Shown piece after piece: positions 1-13,189 of a DNA stretch of 64,000 nt. How positions within the stretch are numbered: the first letter of the stretch is position 1; every line of letters starts with the position of its first letter. The position numbers and the translations under genes were made by a program. Source of the stretch: Gordius albopunctatus (lineage: Eukaryota); contig OZ193910.1 of NCBI GenBank assembly GCA_964276515.1, positions 744,001-808,000 on the forward strand. The letters are read 5' to 3'. The notes beneath the pieces are model-generated. The model saw only the letters and a program-made list of their open reading frames with translations, ran no database searches and had not been told where the DNA came from.

Positions 1-100
1 AGGATTAGAGTCTCCAACTGCCGCCTTAACGTACGAATTTGAGGCATAATTATTTTTCATAAGCCATATATGTGTCAGGGATATTTTGTTTTCTAAACTA
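1..100 (-). mobile_element. Fragment of a decayed RTE-clade LINE (RT region), truncated by the window start
   Basis: Aligns by eye to 38130-38230 inside the RTE element (GATTAGAGTCTCCAACTG...TGAGGC...TATTTTTCATAAGCC...TCAGGGATATTTT vs GATTTAGAGTCCCCAACTG...TGAGGC...TATTTTTCATGAGTCC...TCAGGTATATTTT). Confidence 0.65.
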
Positions 101-1164
101 ATTTTATAGAAGAATTTCATTGATTTGTTTTGCTGTGTACACACTTAGATAGGGACAAAAATGCTTATTTTAGCAAATTTAAACCAAAATTTAGAAAGAT
201 GACTTATGTGAAATCTGAGAAATGGGAATGTTTTTAAATGATAAGTAACAGCAATATTTTAAGCACCTAACTGATTTTGCTTTTAAATAGTGATTGAATA
301 AATGTGAATTAGTGGTAAAAATTTAATTTAATAATATAATTTTTATACGCAAATGTTGGTGTGTAAGTGATAATATTTTATATGGTATGATTGTTAATAT
401 ATTTAAAATGCATTAGAAAAAAAGTTAAAGAATCCAAAGTCTCAGCTGGAATAGTTCCAGAAAATATAACCATATTCTTCCATCCTATTAAATAAATTCT
501 AAATTAATAAAAGTATAAATTAAGTAGTTTATATTCAAAATGCTTATTAATATAATCAGCTATTGAAAAAGTTTTATTAAATGAATGACTTTATAATAGT
601 TGTAACTTGAAGTAAAATTCTTTTTTTCCGATAAGTTTCTAATATTATTAATAAGTTGCTAATATTACAAGCTAGTGAAAAAGTTTGTAAATACCTTATC
701 TGATGTAATAATTGTTGAAATTGTAGTAGACTTTGTATTTTGTAATAAGTAAGTTCCTAAGATTATAAATATAAATTAGTGAAAAAGTTTGTAAATTACG
801 TGATCTCAAACGCCTTTCATTACGTGAACTCAAATGTATGTTTTTCAGAAATTTGAACCAATTATGTTACTCAAAAAATCACGTGATTGACAAAAAAGTT
901 CTTTTTTCGTGTTTTCAACGAATGAGGAGGCGTGATTGACGTTTAGGCGATCTCAAATGCTACGTGCTCTCATACGTTACACCGGCCCTCCCTGCACCCC
1001 TTGGCTACGCCCATGCACAACAGTAACAATAGCAGTAGTCATTTAGTAACCTTGGGCAATTAATATCGTTACTTGAAAACTAAATTTTTTTATAAATAAT
1101 CTTTTTCATCTAACACTATGATTCTATTTTTTGATGACGCACGAAAGCGAAAAAAGGAGAAGTG

Positions 1165-1512
1165 AATTTTTGTGCTAATTTATCAAACTTTTCATTTTTT
1201 TATTAATATCTTTATATTCATCGTGAAATTTATCATATATCAATGGTATTTATTCTATAAACATATACAATTATATAAAAAATACATACATACCAAATTC
1301 CATTTTTTAACCATCGCGCGAAAAGTACAAAATGATTTGTGTCTTATTTTCGTTCGCTTTTTGCCCGGGCGAAAATAATCGTCTGCGGTTTCACTATGAA
1401 CACTCTCTATTTACAATTGTTATTTTCGTGATATATGATGAAATTTACGATGAATATAATATATTGTGAAAAATAATGAAAATTTGGATAAATTAGCACA
1501 AAAATTCATTTC
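1165..1512. mobile_element. Foldback/MITE-like element with ~85-bp imperfect inverted arms
   Basis: GAATTTTTGTGCTAATTTATC...TATATTCATCGTGAAATTTATCATATATCA (~1165-1252) is mirrored by TGATATATGATGAAATTTACGATGAATATA...GATAAATTAGCACAAAAATTC (~1429-1507). Confidence 0.7.
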
Positions 1513-2444
1513 GCTTAACGCGGGGTTAGGCCGCAAAGTTTTGAATGAATTAGTCTATGCTTATATCGAATTATAAAAGTAAGCCTTCAATACTCTAATT
1601 AGTGTGGGTTATGAGTATATATTTATTTTAAAATAGTATGTAATTTTTTTGTCCAGGGCCCATAGCATATTAATATAAAATTTAGCCTTTTAAATAAAGT
1701 TGGATAGTACATTTAAAGCCTAAGGGGTTCATTAAATATGCAATTTTTACTTTGATGTTTCTTCATGTGACATATATACTCATTTATGAACTATATTTAT
1801 TTTTAAATTTTTTATATTATGTTTAAATTCCTATAATATTACTTATCAATATTCCATTTAAATTATTCTCTAAAATAGATTACGTATGGTGTAAGTAGAT
1901 CTTTTATAAGACCAAATTCATATTTTTTTTTATAAGTTTTAAAAGTTTTTATTTCAATTAATAAATTTATTATACATTTTGAATTGCATAGGCTATTTTT
2001 TGGCTATATGATCCCATCTTTAAAATTAAATATTTAAGTAGTCCGAACCATAGAACATCGATTAAAATGTTAAAATGTGTAAACAAATGTTTTTTACCCT
2101 ATACTTTATCATTGTGTTTAAAACTGAATGTGACGTTGCGTCATAGCTATTTTTTATATTTCACCTCCTGATAAAGTTGGTTTTTAAGATATTACCGCAA
2201 TAAACAAACCTTGGTTATTACTAAAACGGAGTGATATAATAAAATAGCTTTGAGCTTTTAATAATTACTTAACTAAGTTATGATACAAATCATTTTACTT
2301 TGGGATTAATATCACAGTACATAAGCAGGGCTATTATAATAGATGTTCTTTGGCAGCTTTAATTTATGGGGCCAGCATTAAGGAATGCCGTTCACTCTGC
2401 AAAAAAAAGCCTTAAACTATGCCATTTGGAACACGCAATCTTTT

Positions 2445-2566
2445 CATGGCCGTAGCCATGGAATGGCGAAAAAATATTGTTTCAATGCAAAAAACCTTAA
2501 TAATTAAAAAATTTTATGCTTTGCCCCCCCCCCCCCACCCTTATCCAAAACCTGGGTACGCCCATG
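2445..2566. mobile_element. hAT-type MITE family A (TIR ~CATGGGCGTAGCCA), representative copy
   Basis: TIRs CATGGCCGTAGCCA...TGGGTACGCCCATG; perfect 8-bp TSD AATCTTTT at 2437-2444 and 2567-2574. Related copies or half-copies at about 985-1015, 6150-6319, 6488-6625, 14399-14548, 17283-17451, 28942-29075, 35035-35189, 46846-47003, 47334-47453, 51465-51620, 51706-51867, 54897-56395 (interrupted), 58001-58158, 60556-60660 and 61735-61882. Confidence 0.85.
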
Positions 2567-4593
2567 AATCTTTTTAAAAGAAAACAACCAACATTTTTTG
2601 GATTTAACCGTTTTTAAAATTATATTATAAACAAATTTTGCTATTATCACTTTTGACTTGGAGAGAGGACTATTTTGTCTATCTTTAAAATAAAATAGTT
2701 TACTATGTTAGCTTACTTAGATTTAGAAAAATCTCTAAAGTTTTCAATTAAATTCTCAATTATTGATCATTTTTTATACTAAAAAAATTTATCATCTTTA
2801 ATAAAAGAATATTAAGGATGAACTCTCTTTTATAATAATTGTAATATTACTTTTCATAAATTGCCCTCTCTGGATAGGTATCTATAAACTACTAGACTGC
2901 TCGAACCCTTTTAAATAATGTTACATTGATATCCTATTTGATCATCTAATTTAGTTTAGAAAAAACTTATAATGCCATTTACTACACCTTATATATTTTT
3001 ATTTGATATAAGAATACAAACTATTTTGGACAAATTGAAATAAAGAGAGAGAAAAAGAAATTAAATAAAATTAGCTTTTATAACGCCATTTTAAATTGAT
3101 TTACTAAAGTGTCGATTAGTAGAATTCATAATATGTGCTTCAATCGATACAATTTATTGAATAATAATTCAATGATTATTATTGAACTATAATCAAATTT
3201 ATATAGAAAGTAGGTAGATGGCAAGAATGCCCGTTTTTTGAAAGATTAGATTATAGATGTTTGAATAGAATCCGAGTCAGGTTACAAACGTACAACTGAT
3301 AAATTAAGGGTTAACGATTGATGGATGTCGTGTTTGTAAATACTTTTAAAACATATGATTATAAAATTAAATTTGCATAATATATTATAGCTTATAAAAT
3401 GAGTTTAAATATAAAAAAGGCTTTAAATTGCACATAACTACTTAAAGAAGATGCAAGAATATGATAGATTATTTTATATTAGAGTATAAATGGATAATAT
3501 TTAAAACGAATAGCAGTTAAGATATTCTATATTGCAATTTATAATTTTTTAAAATGCTAACTAATTAAAACAGAATTGCCTATTGCCAATTTTAATAAGA
3601 ATTACACATAGAAAAAACAATGAGCGCAACTCTACACAGATTTTTAGCATTTATTCGATTCGAAAATGTCTTTTTACTACCCTATTTTTATACAAAAAAT
3701 CATAGAATAATATCAAAAATGCTGGATTTAAAAAGTTATAACATTTAGAGTTATTATTCAAAATGTTGAGTAAAACCGCCTACATATGTTATTAATCACA
3801 ATTTTTTTTAAAACACACTTTAAAATTTTTATTTATAAATTATATGTGGGTCAGAAATAGTTGCACCCTTCATGTTAGTTTTTTATAATGGTACATCAAT
3901 ATAATTAATCTATAATTCAATTTTAAAGTTTATAATATCCAGCATTTTGAGCTCAATCGCTAATAAATAAATAAATAGATAAATTGTAATGCCTAAATAA
4001 CGAAAGAATTTGATATGATTTACAAGGTTGATGTTTGATTTTACATGTTTATTTTTTATGAAATGTGGGATAAAAGGGGCGGGTTCAAGTAAACATAAAT
4101 TTACGTGGCTTCGTCTCCCTATTGTATTTACGTAAGGCGAAAAAGGCATTCGTAAATAAATAATACCTTCGTTTTAATTGTCCACAATGGAGCATATGCT
4201 AAATTGTTTTGGCCAAAAAGAGTAGCCAAAATGATCGACTATTTAACTGTTACTACATTCCAATAATTTCCACCTATTTATTCAGAGGGATTTGATCCCC
4301 ATTAATGTAAGTTAGAGATAGAGATATATGTTACAATTATATAAAGCTTTGATTTGTAAAAAATTAAGGAAAATATTTAAATAATATAATTAAAAGGGTC
4401 GCATATGTAATTGCTTTGTCAAACTAGCTCATAGCGTTAACTTAATTTAATCTTTAACAAAATGTTTTCAACATGGGCTACCAAAAATTATTATTTTGAA
4501 ATATCATATTTTTAGCAATATGTTCAATATAACTTTTTCATTTAACTAAAATAGGCTTAGACTTTTGGTGAGTGAGTAAAGAGGAGGTAAATT

Positions 4594-7145
4594 ATGTGGT
4601 ATTGCCCTTTAATATTGATATTCCATGCCACATATTGTTTTACCCAATTCGCTACCTTGCAACCAAACCTCTCAGTAATTGGATGTTTCGATGTTAGGTG
4701 GGAGAAGGAGCCAAACAACTTTGCTTATAACGTAACTTGTACAGGCCTCAAATCAAATGTAGCACTGAAAACAGCCTTACAACCGTACCAAGGCAAAATG
4801 GTTATAAAATTAATCATTGCCAAGAACCACTTCCAAAACGCTATTTTACATGACGACGTTTTCGATGGACTTACCGGAGTGCAAAGTTTAATGCTAATTA
4901 ATAATTATATCGTTAAATTGGGTTCCGATGTACTGAAGCCATTCGGGGACGAGTTTAAGTCTTTCGTATTTCAAGAGAAATACTCTCTAATCCCAACTAC
5001 GAGTATGACGTCATTTCCACCCACCTTTTTTCACCCGCTCACCAATGTCACGCTCATTAATGTAGTGTCACCGAACATCAAGCAAATGCACGATGATGCA
5101 TTTGTTAAGTGCACGCGTCTAGAGGCTCTCGTTATTAACACGTTCAAATTGAAGGACCTAGGCGCTAGGGCTTTTGCAGGCTTGCACAATCTAAAATTGC
5201 TGCATTTGAAGGCCGATAGTCATATAGGTTTGAGAGGGGCATTGTTAAAGGGATTAGCTTCCTTGAAGGTGTTATATTTGTCGTTGAGTAATCATTTCAC
5301 TTTACCCACTGACCTGTTCGTAGGCTTGAGACAGCTAACTCACTTGGAATTTGTAGGATCTGGAATTAAAAAGATTTCGAATGACACGCTATTGCCCATA
5401 GCCTCAACACTAGAATACCTTTCACTGGTAGCGAATGATTTGGTAAACATAGAAGGCTTTATCGTGCCAATGCCTAATTTGAAAGAATTAATCCTATCCT
5501 TTAACAAAATATCCCATATTACAAATACTTCTTTCCACAATTTACCTGCTTTGCAAAATGTTCAACTAGATTTCAACGACATTTCTAATATAGCTGACTC
5601 CTGCTTCGTTCACAACCCATTATTACGCACACTTAATTTGCGTTACAACGAGTTGACGCAAATCAGTTCTGATACCTTCAAAGGACTCACGAATATGACA
5701 AAACTCGATTTAATGGGCAATTCGATTGAACTCTTAAATGAGGGTGTATTGAGTCATATGACGAAGCTAGAATATTTGGAAATCTCGGAAAATAGTTTGT
5801 ACAAAATAGTAGAAGATGCCTTTCAAGGACTGGATAAAACCCTGATGTATCTTGATTTAAAGGGTAATATGTTGGAAGATAATTCATTTCGTGCGCTAAA
5901 GAAATTAGCCGCTTTAAGATGGCTCAATATTAGTAACAATCACTTTTCCACTCTTCCAACTCACATTCTATCCCAATTTAATGGTTTGTTGCAATTGAAA
6001 TTTAAAGGTATTTCTCATTCATTATTTTTGCAACTTATCTAGTTATTTAATTGTGTCTTTTTAGTTTTTCCAAATAAATAAACTGTATTCATGGTCTTAT
6101 AGTCCTAGTGAACTATTAACAAAGATTTAACTATAAATATATATATATATATGGGCGTATCTAAGGGATGGGGGGCAGGGAGAGGCGGCTGCCCCCTCTA
6201 AAACCAAAAATTTGTTGAAATTTATTAAAATTTTTGCTAATTTTTAAAAAATAATCGTTTTGCTCCTCCCTAAATCATTATTGCCCCCCCCTCTAATTCC
6301 AAAGCTGGTAAAGCCCATGTATATATTATATATATCGCTTTTTTAAACAAAAGGGGCTTGTATTAGATACATCAATCTATTTAAAAAAATTAAATAGCCG
6401 TTACAAACAAATAGTATTTTGCATTTTCAAGCCAACTCTATTACTATCGTTAACAAAAGTATAGGCTAATTTTGTTAAGCATACAAGCATGGGCCTAGCC
6501 AGGTTTTGGATTAGAAGGGGGGGGGGGGAAACGTAACTTAATTTGGGGGGGGGGTGGGTAAACATAAAATTTTTCAATTTTTAAGGATTTTTGCATCGAA
6601 ATTTTTTTTTGTCATTTACGCCTTACTCAACAATACCTCAATTTAATTTAGACAATCCTTGGGTATGCGATGACCGGATGAATGATTTCATTAAATGGTA
6701 CAACAATTGGACACTCGTGGCAGGGGATTGGGAAAGGAGTGAAGAACGAATCAGTGATTTAGCCCGAGCCAAATGCTACAATCCACCGCCCCTTAAAGGC
6801 ATATCCTTGTATCAAGCTAATTTACCCTCATCGCAAAATAGATCAAGTGTCCATCTTATAACTATTAAATCCTCGCCGCCTTCATCTACACCTCCCCAAC
6901 CCACCTCGGCTGCCATTCAATTTGGGACGGTGAAGAAAACTATGAAAGGCGGTCCCTTATTAACGTGGATTGTTATGACATCATGTTTTGTCATTTTTGT
7001 CGCGGTTTTCCTCATCTATTACGTTAAGAGGCATCGTGGCCATAACTGGTCTCGGAAGTCTTCGGAAAATGGTGCTCGTTTTGTCAAAGCATGTAAATTG
7101 GATAAATTGTTGAATCGACAAAACACATTTTCAACCTTTTCTTAA
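4594..7145 (+). CDS. Single-pass leucine-rich-repeat membrane protein (~635 aa; LRR array, LRRCT, S/T/P stalk, TM, short tail, no TIR)
   Basis: Exons 4594-6007 and 6652-7145 joined by a phase-1 GT-AG intron (AAAG|gtattt...aatttag|ACAAT, giving ...LKFK-DNPWVCDD). Hydrophobic N-terminus; many LxxLxLxxNxL repeats; TM LLTWIVMTSCFVIFVAVFLIYYV followed by KRHR. Confidence 0.9.
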
Positions 7146-7349
7146 GCCATCCGAAGCCTTCCTCAAGTAGGAAGGGGATGGATATGTATTTATGCCGATT
7201 CGTTACATATGAAATGGCTCAAATCTTGTAACTCAAAATTAAAACACACACGCTTATTTCTAAATGCTAGATAATTATACATATAATCTAAAGTCATGTC
7301 GCGCGAAGATATAAAAGCAACATTATAATAATAATAAAATTAATATGTT

Positions 7350-8488
7350 TTAATTACTATGCAATTTATGGGCTCACTTTCCATTTTCCGAAGTAACGCA
7401 CCGAACGTGTAACGCACCCATCTGCACACGCTTAACACTTATTATGTCTCTACTGGTATGGGGTTCGATACCAGGAGCGGCCAAAATTTTTTTTATTTTT
7501 TAAATTAAATTATTATATTGTTCCTGTTAATACCATTGATAATATGACTTTTTGGCCGTCCGCTGGCTGCTGACCAATGGAAAAAATGATCATTGGCCAA
7601 AGTGTGAAGCGAAATTTTTTTTTCCATTTTTTTGACTAACATTGATGATTACCCATGCCCTCCCCTAGAAGGGCCTATGCCTCTACTGATATGGGTACCT
7701 GTGCCCCCCCGCCTCCTACAAAGAAGTATGCTTCTCTTCTACTGATGTGGGCTCGAATCCCTTTTAATTGCTGGTTCGATACCCGGAGAGGCCAATTTTT
7801 TTATATATTTTTTAAAAATTAATATATTGTTCTTGTTAATACCATTGATAATATGACTTTTTGGCCGTCCGCTGGCTGTTGACCAATGGAAAAAAATGAC
7901 CATTGGCCAAAGTGTGAAGCGAAAATTTTTTTCCTCGTTTTTTTGGCTCTTATGATTGTTTCTGTTAATTCCATTGATAATATGACTTTTTGGCCGTCCG
8001 CTGGCTGCTTACCAATGAAAAAAAGACCACTGGCCAAAGTGTGAATCTAAAATTTGTTTTCGTTTTTTTTGACTCGTATGTATTAATAGACCGTCTCTTG
8101 GTACTGACCGATTTTGGCCGTCCGATGGCTACTGACCAATGAAAAAATGACCATTGGCCAAATTATAAGACGAAATTTTTTTTTAGTTTTTGTATAGGTT
8201 AACATCAATAATTACCCTATGTCTCTACTGATATGGGTCCCTGTGCCTCTACAAAGGCTTATACCTCTATCGATGTGGGTTCGAATCCCGGAGAGGGCAA
8301 TTTTTTTAATTAAATGGAAAATTTGTATAAATAATTAATTAATCATTATACATTTAATACCCCCCTATAGGTATTCTCGCCCCTTCCAACCTTTCTCGCC
8401 CATAAATTGCATAGCAAATATGCTTCGTTTATACGGAGTATAGATGAGTTTCGTTCCCCCTTCCCACAAAGGCTGAAGCCCCGAGTTT
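7350..8488 (+). mobile_element. Helentron-associated (HINE/DINE-1-like) non-autonomous element with internal tandem repeats, copy 1
   Basis: 5' subterminal IR TTACTATGCAATTTATGGGC (7354-7373); 3' subTIR GCCCATAAATTGCATAGCAA (8398-8417) set ~70 bp inside the end; terminal hairpin GGCTGAAGCC then CCGAGTTT; T-rich flanks without a TSD; internal ~120-bp repeats (TTTTTGGCCGTCCGCTGGCTGCTGACC...CCATTGGCCAAA). Homologous to 48490-50248. Confidence 0.7.
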
Positions 8489-9014
8489 CTGACATATTAA
8501 TGGAAAATAACGGGGAAATTAAAGAAATATATACTAGAAGGAGGCGATGAAAATATTCAAACTGCCAGTCCATTAATATCCTAATAATTAATGGTGTTGT
8601 GTAAAAGAAACTCAAAAATCTCAGAAAAATATTTATTTTATTAATATAGGCGGTAGAGTAATGTAAGAAATGTTGGATATAATAATATAATTACATAATA
8701 CCCATTTTTTATATTAAATTGGGATTTTAACTTTTTAGTAAAATAAAATTTTTAACAGCAGCAAGATCTTTGTTTAACGCTCTAGTTTTATCTTCATGAA
8801 GTAGAGGTGGCCGGGGCTATCTCGACCCTAAAAAAATAAAAAGGCCTCGAAAAAATTTATAATCGAATTTCATAGACTTTTTCTAAAAAAATGTTTTTGT
8901 CTACAATCTATATGCGAGGCTAATTTATTATAGCAACACGATAAATATATTTTTAATAGCAGGTTTTCAAAAAAGACAGTTCATATAACTGCGAAAAATG
9001 ACCGGGGTCAAAGT

Positions 9015-9447
9015 CAGAAAACAGATTTTTCGGTCCGGCACGCTGCCCAAAACTGCCCGTCCGGCCCACGGGCTGGGCCGGGCAACTGTCCTAAATTTTA
9101 ACTTTCGGGCGGGCCCGGGCGGGCACCATAATGAGATTCGGGCAATTCGGGCTAAATTTTGTTTTTAAAATAATGTATTATATTGTTTTTGTGTATATTT
9201 TCCCAATCTTTTAATTGATTTCATAATCATTAAAAAAAATCAAAAATTAAGATAAAATTTTTAAAACATATAACGATATTAGTGCTAAAAATTTTAAAAC
9301 ACACCATTTCGAGCCGGGCAGTTCGGGCAGCTGGGATAATTCGGGCATTGCCGGGTGGACATATAGAAGGGTTTGGGCGGGCAGATTAATTATAAAATCG
9401 GGCCGGGCCGGGTTCGGGCAGAAACTTTTTAACAAATCTGACCTCTT
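9015..9447. mobile_element. hAT-type MITE with GCCCG/CGGGC subterminal repeats
   Basis: 8-bp TSD GTCAAAGT at 9007-9014 and 9448-9455; imperfect TIRs (CAGAAAACAGATT / AATCTGACCTCTT); clusters of TTCGGGC/GCCCG motifs. A related end (TTCTGACCTCTA) is at ~60086. Confidence 0.7.
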
Positions 9448-12173
9448 GTCAAAGTGTCCTAATTAACCCTCCAATGTACTTATAGAAATCCCAACCCTAT
9501 ATAGACTTATGGGGTTTATAGAACCCCATTCTTAAAATTGTCATAATTTTAAAACCATTAAAGTAACACTTCTCAAATTTTAAATATAAGTTTATTAAAG
9601 CCTCTTATAGGTTTGTAAAAAAATAATTTAATTATAAATAGTAATTCTAAAATTATATGCAATTTACCAAACACAAAGAAAATGAATAAAAATCAAAATG
9701 ACATGTTTTATTTTTGTAATGGAGACCAAACAGTTAGTAGAAATATAAAAAGCAAATGTTTTTTTATTAAAAGAAGGTTTGAATAATATAAAAAACATGC
9801 ATTCATGATAAAATGATTATAGAGTAAAAAAATAGAAGACTCTAAAAAATGGTCCATTTTTTTCGTATTTTTCGCTGCAATTTTCGCAAAATATTACAGT
9901 GTGATCAACACAAACAGGGCGAGTAAAAGAAAACGATAGCCCAGCTCTTGATAGCCATAGGGTTATTATTTTACTTTAAGCTGTGTTTAAAGATCATTAA
10001 ATTTTTCAAAATTATATATTTACACATAAATCATATGAAATAGTTTATTCCTTTTACTATAAAAGTTGTTAAAAGTCGAGGTAACACGTCATTTTTGAGG
10101 AATTTAAAACATTCAAAAATCTTATGTTTGCATATGGATTTTGTACAGATTTAATCCAAATATTTTTCGTGCATTTAATAAATTACATCATATATGATTC
10201 AGATTTGAGGGCAAAATTAATATCAACGACAAAATTATTTGAGAGCACGTCCATGATGACCCAGGTAAACATATAGCGCCGATGTTCCCGACATATAATT
10301 TAGGGCGGGGAAATTATAATTAAAAACTTTTACTATGTATGCAAACAAATGACAACATTTATACATAAAGGCTTTTTGTATGTAGAATATTTTTCTCCTA
10401 TTTTATTTATTAAATGCGAAAATATATGTTAAAGTATGTGTTTCCAAATCGCACATAAAATATCCAAATAAATTTTTTATTCAATTTGGTATTGTCGGAC
10501 AATTAATTAACTTCCAAATAATAAGGTATGCTGTATGCAAAAATATATTAAATTAATGAGCTGGCATCGATCCATGGATTGAGAAGATTGTATTAGATTT
10601 TACAATTTCCATGGTGATTTTCTGCTTGATGTAAAAGAATTCTTTGGGATCCTGCCTGATGGAGGTTACATTTGTTTGAGGAATTGGCTACCCTCGGGAC
10701 CTAAATTACCGAGGGTCGTGGCCACTATACTGGTACAAAAATAATTGTAAGCAAACTATGGTGAAATTTGCATTATTAAATTATAGAAAACCTATCGCAT
10801 TTTTTAGATATATATGGTTCGTGATAGTTATATAACATGTCATGGGGGGTTGGGTGAGTTATAAAAAGGTAGCGGTCCCTTCAAAGGAAATCAACAGGAA
10901 TTATCGTAGATAACAACTCATCATATCAAAGAAAAGTAATTATGATGACAAGAAAAAGGGGACAATTATTAAAATATATTGATGTTGATTGTCATATTCT
11001 TTGAGTATAAGATTATATGTTGATTGGGAATTATTAAAAAAAAGTCTATACAAAGAAGAACAAAGCTAAGGGTGGCTTTATGTCTATTATTATTGCATAT
11101 CAACAATCTGTCACTATTTTGAACACCCCTATACTCAAGTTTTATCAATTAGCCACTACTTTGTGACATGTTTTACTCCGACATTGATGTAATATACTAT
11201 AAGCTCTGCTCTGATTAATAATACGTTAATTATAATCAAATTTAGAAACAAATGTTGTATTAGACGACGTTTGTTATAATTTTATTAAAAGTTTATTTAA
11301 AAAAAGGAATCTCATTTAATTATGGCGAAATTAATTTTATTTTTTTCATCAATGCAGCAAAGTGTAAAAGAATTTTGAATATAAAATATTTGAATTGATA
11401 AATAAAGTAATTGCAAAGATTATTTGTTCTGTCATACATTTTAACGTTGAAATAAACTCCATACATGGAATTAGAAATCTGGTTATATAGCTTCTCAGAC
11501 ACACAAAATTTTCATAGCAAAATATTTTAAAGCTTTTCTGATTAAAGTATATCTAGAGGAGGCCTGAAAAAATTTCTTAGGCCCGCCCCGACTTATGAAA
11601 ATTTATATAAAAAAAATTTATTCAGAATACCCACCAACACCTTTCATTTAACTTGAAATTATTTTGTCGCCTCTAAATAGCCTACTCAAAAAAGGAATTA
11701 TTACAAAGCCTAGAGGGGTTGATCCATCAGGCGCGATTAAATTTTAGTGGGCCCGTGCAGGGCTCTAGATGTATCCCTAATGATTAAGTAATTACTAGTT
11801 TAATACACATAAAAAGAAGTTAGTTTCACATTTTGCTCATCAAAAAATGCAGCAATATATAAGAATCATGAATAATATTTAGCAATGGTCAAATAGAGGC
11901 AATATGTTGCAGTTCCTTTGATTCTTAAGCAATAACTCTTTATAACTGATGAATTATATAACAGAGGCTAACAGAATCAACATGAATGAATTCATTTAGA
12001 TGTAAAAATTAATTGATTATCTGATTTATGATGGTCATTCTTATAACAATTCTTCAAATTCTTTGCCACTCAGTCATAAATTGTCTAATATTTTAAAAAA
12101 GACTTTATTAGCTTTTTGAAGTATGTAACAAATTAAAACACGATAACAAATGGAATCACTGATGCAACATCAT

Positions 12174-13189
12174 TTAAAAATAAGCATTTTGATGGTATGG
12201 TATGAAACGCGGGTCGTGATGGTAGTTAATGAAATGCGGAAACGAAGTGGACAACGGGGGTGCATACGTGGCGATGTACTGACATGCCGTAGTCCGATCC
12301 TGAGATTTAGGACTTTGAGAAGAAGCTGCTATATGTCGGAGGTAATAATAATGGTAGGGTGGGTATATGATACCAGGACATTTAATTGCAGCAGTGGGGT
12401 GTTGTTGACCAAGCTGTTGTTGATTCAAAGAGTGATGTTTGCTTGGAAGCCCTATTTGGCCTTGATGATGAGAGGAGTAACGTCTCCTTAATTTACCCGT
12501 GCTTTCCCCAATAAATATGTCCTCGCTATTTAGTGGATCCAACATCCAGTAATTTCCTTTGCCGGGATCATTAAAATCTCGAGGTACCTAAGGTGCGTCA
12601 ATAGAAGGCGATCGTTCATAAATATTGATCAACCGAAATATAAATCGAAATAATCGTAAAATCAGCGATAAAAATTGGGAATTTTATGAAAACTTACTTT
12701 GATGAAGCACTTGTTAAGACTGAGGTTGTGTCTGATTGAATTTTGCCATCCTTGCTTATTGTCCTTATAATAAGGGAATCGGTTCATGATGTAATCGTAT
12801 ATCTCGTTCAGACACAATTTCCGGTCAGGGCTTTCCTTGATTGCCATCATAATAAGGGCGTTATAGCTGAAAGACGGTTTGGTACCGTATTTGTTGGATT
12901 GACCGGTATTTGACGGGCTAATGCTCTTTTTTACCTGATTCCCCTTTTCCCATTCGGGCTCTTTATGATTTCCAACTAATATTTTCTCGTCTTCCCTCTT
13001 AATGTTTTTCACCAGCACTTTGGCAGCTAGATCCTCTCCCCTTTTCCTCTTTAACCTTTGAACGTTGCAGTGTTCTGAGGCGCTATCTATTGTCGCAGTT
13101 GCAGAGCGTGGAACTTTAGTAACCTGTGATTTGCAGTCGGTCAATAATGATCTTATATCGAAAGATTTCGTATTAGCTTTTGCCATCAT
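12174..13189 (-). CDS. FoxG: Forkhead box G (FoxG/sloppy-paired/BF-1 family) transcription factor, ~301 aa
   Basis: Exons 13189-12698 and 12587-12174 with a 110-bp phase-0 intron (AAA|gtaagt...cttag|GTA). The spliced domain [14 protein letters not shown]...[38 protein letters not shown]...[13 protein letters not shown] has the FoxG-type C-terminal end; N-terminal eh1-like motif SFDIRSLL. Confidence 0.95.

Noticed and set aside
4286..4306. 21-nt 5'-UTR micro-exon of the LRR gene (ttcag|...|gtaagt)
   Set aside because: Good splice consensus but no independent support; such matches arise by chance.
9464..9540. piggyBac-like end (TTAACCCT...)
   Set aside because: No matching AGGGTTAA right end or transposase was found nearby.
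12150..12491. Antisense ORFs over FoxG, the BTB gene, the GPCR and XPO1 (e.g. 12150-12491, 20624-20932, 43976-44308, 61865-62194)
   Set aside because: Shadows of real coding exons on the opposite strand with no independent motifs.
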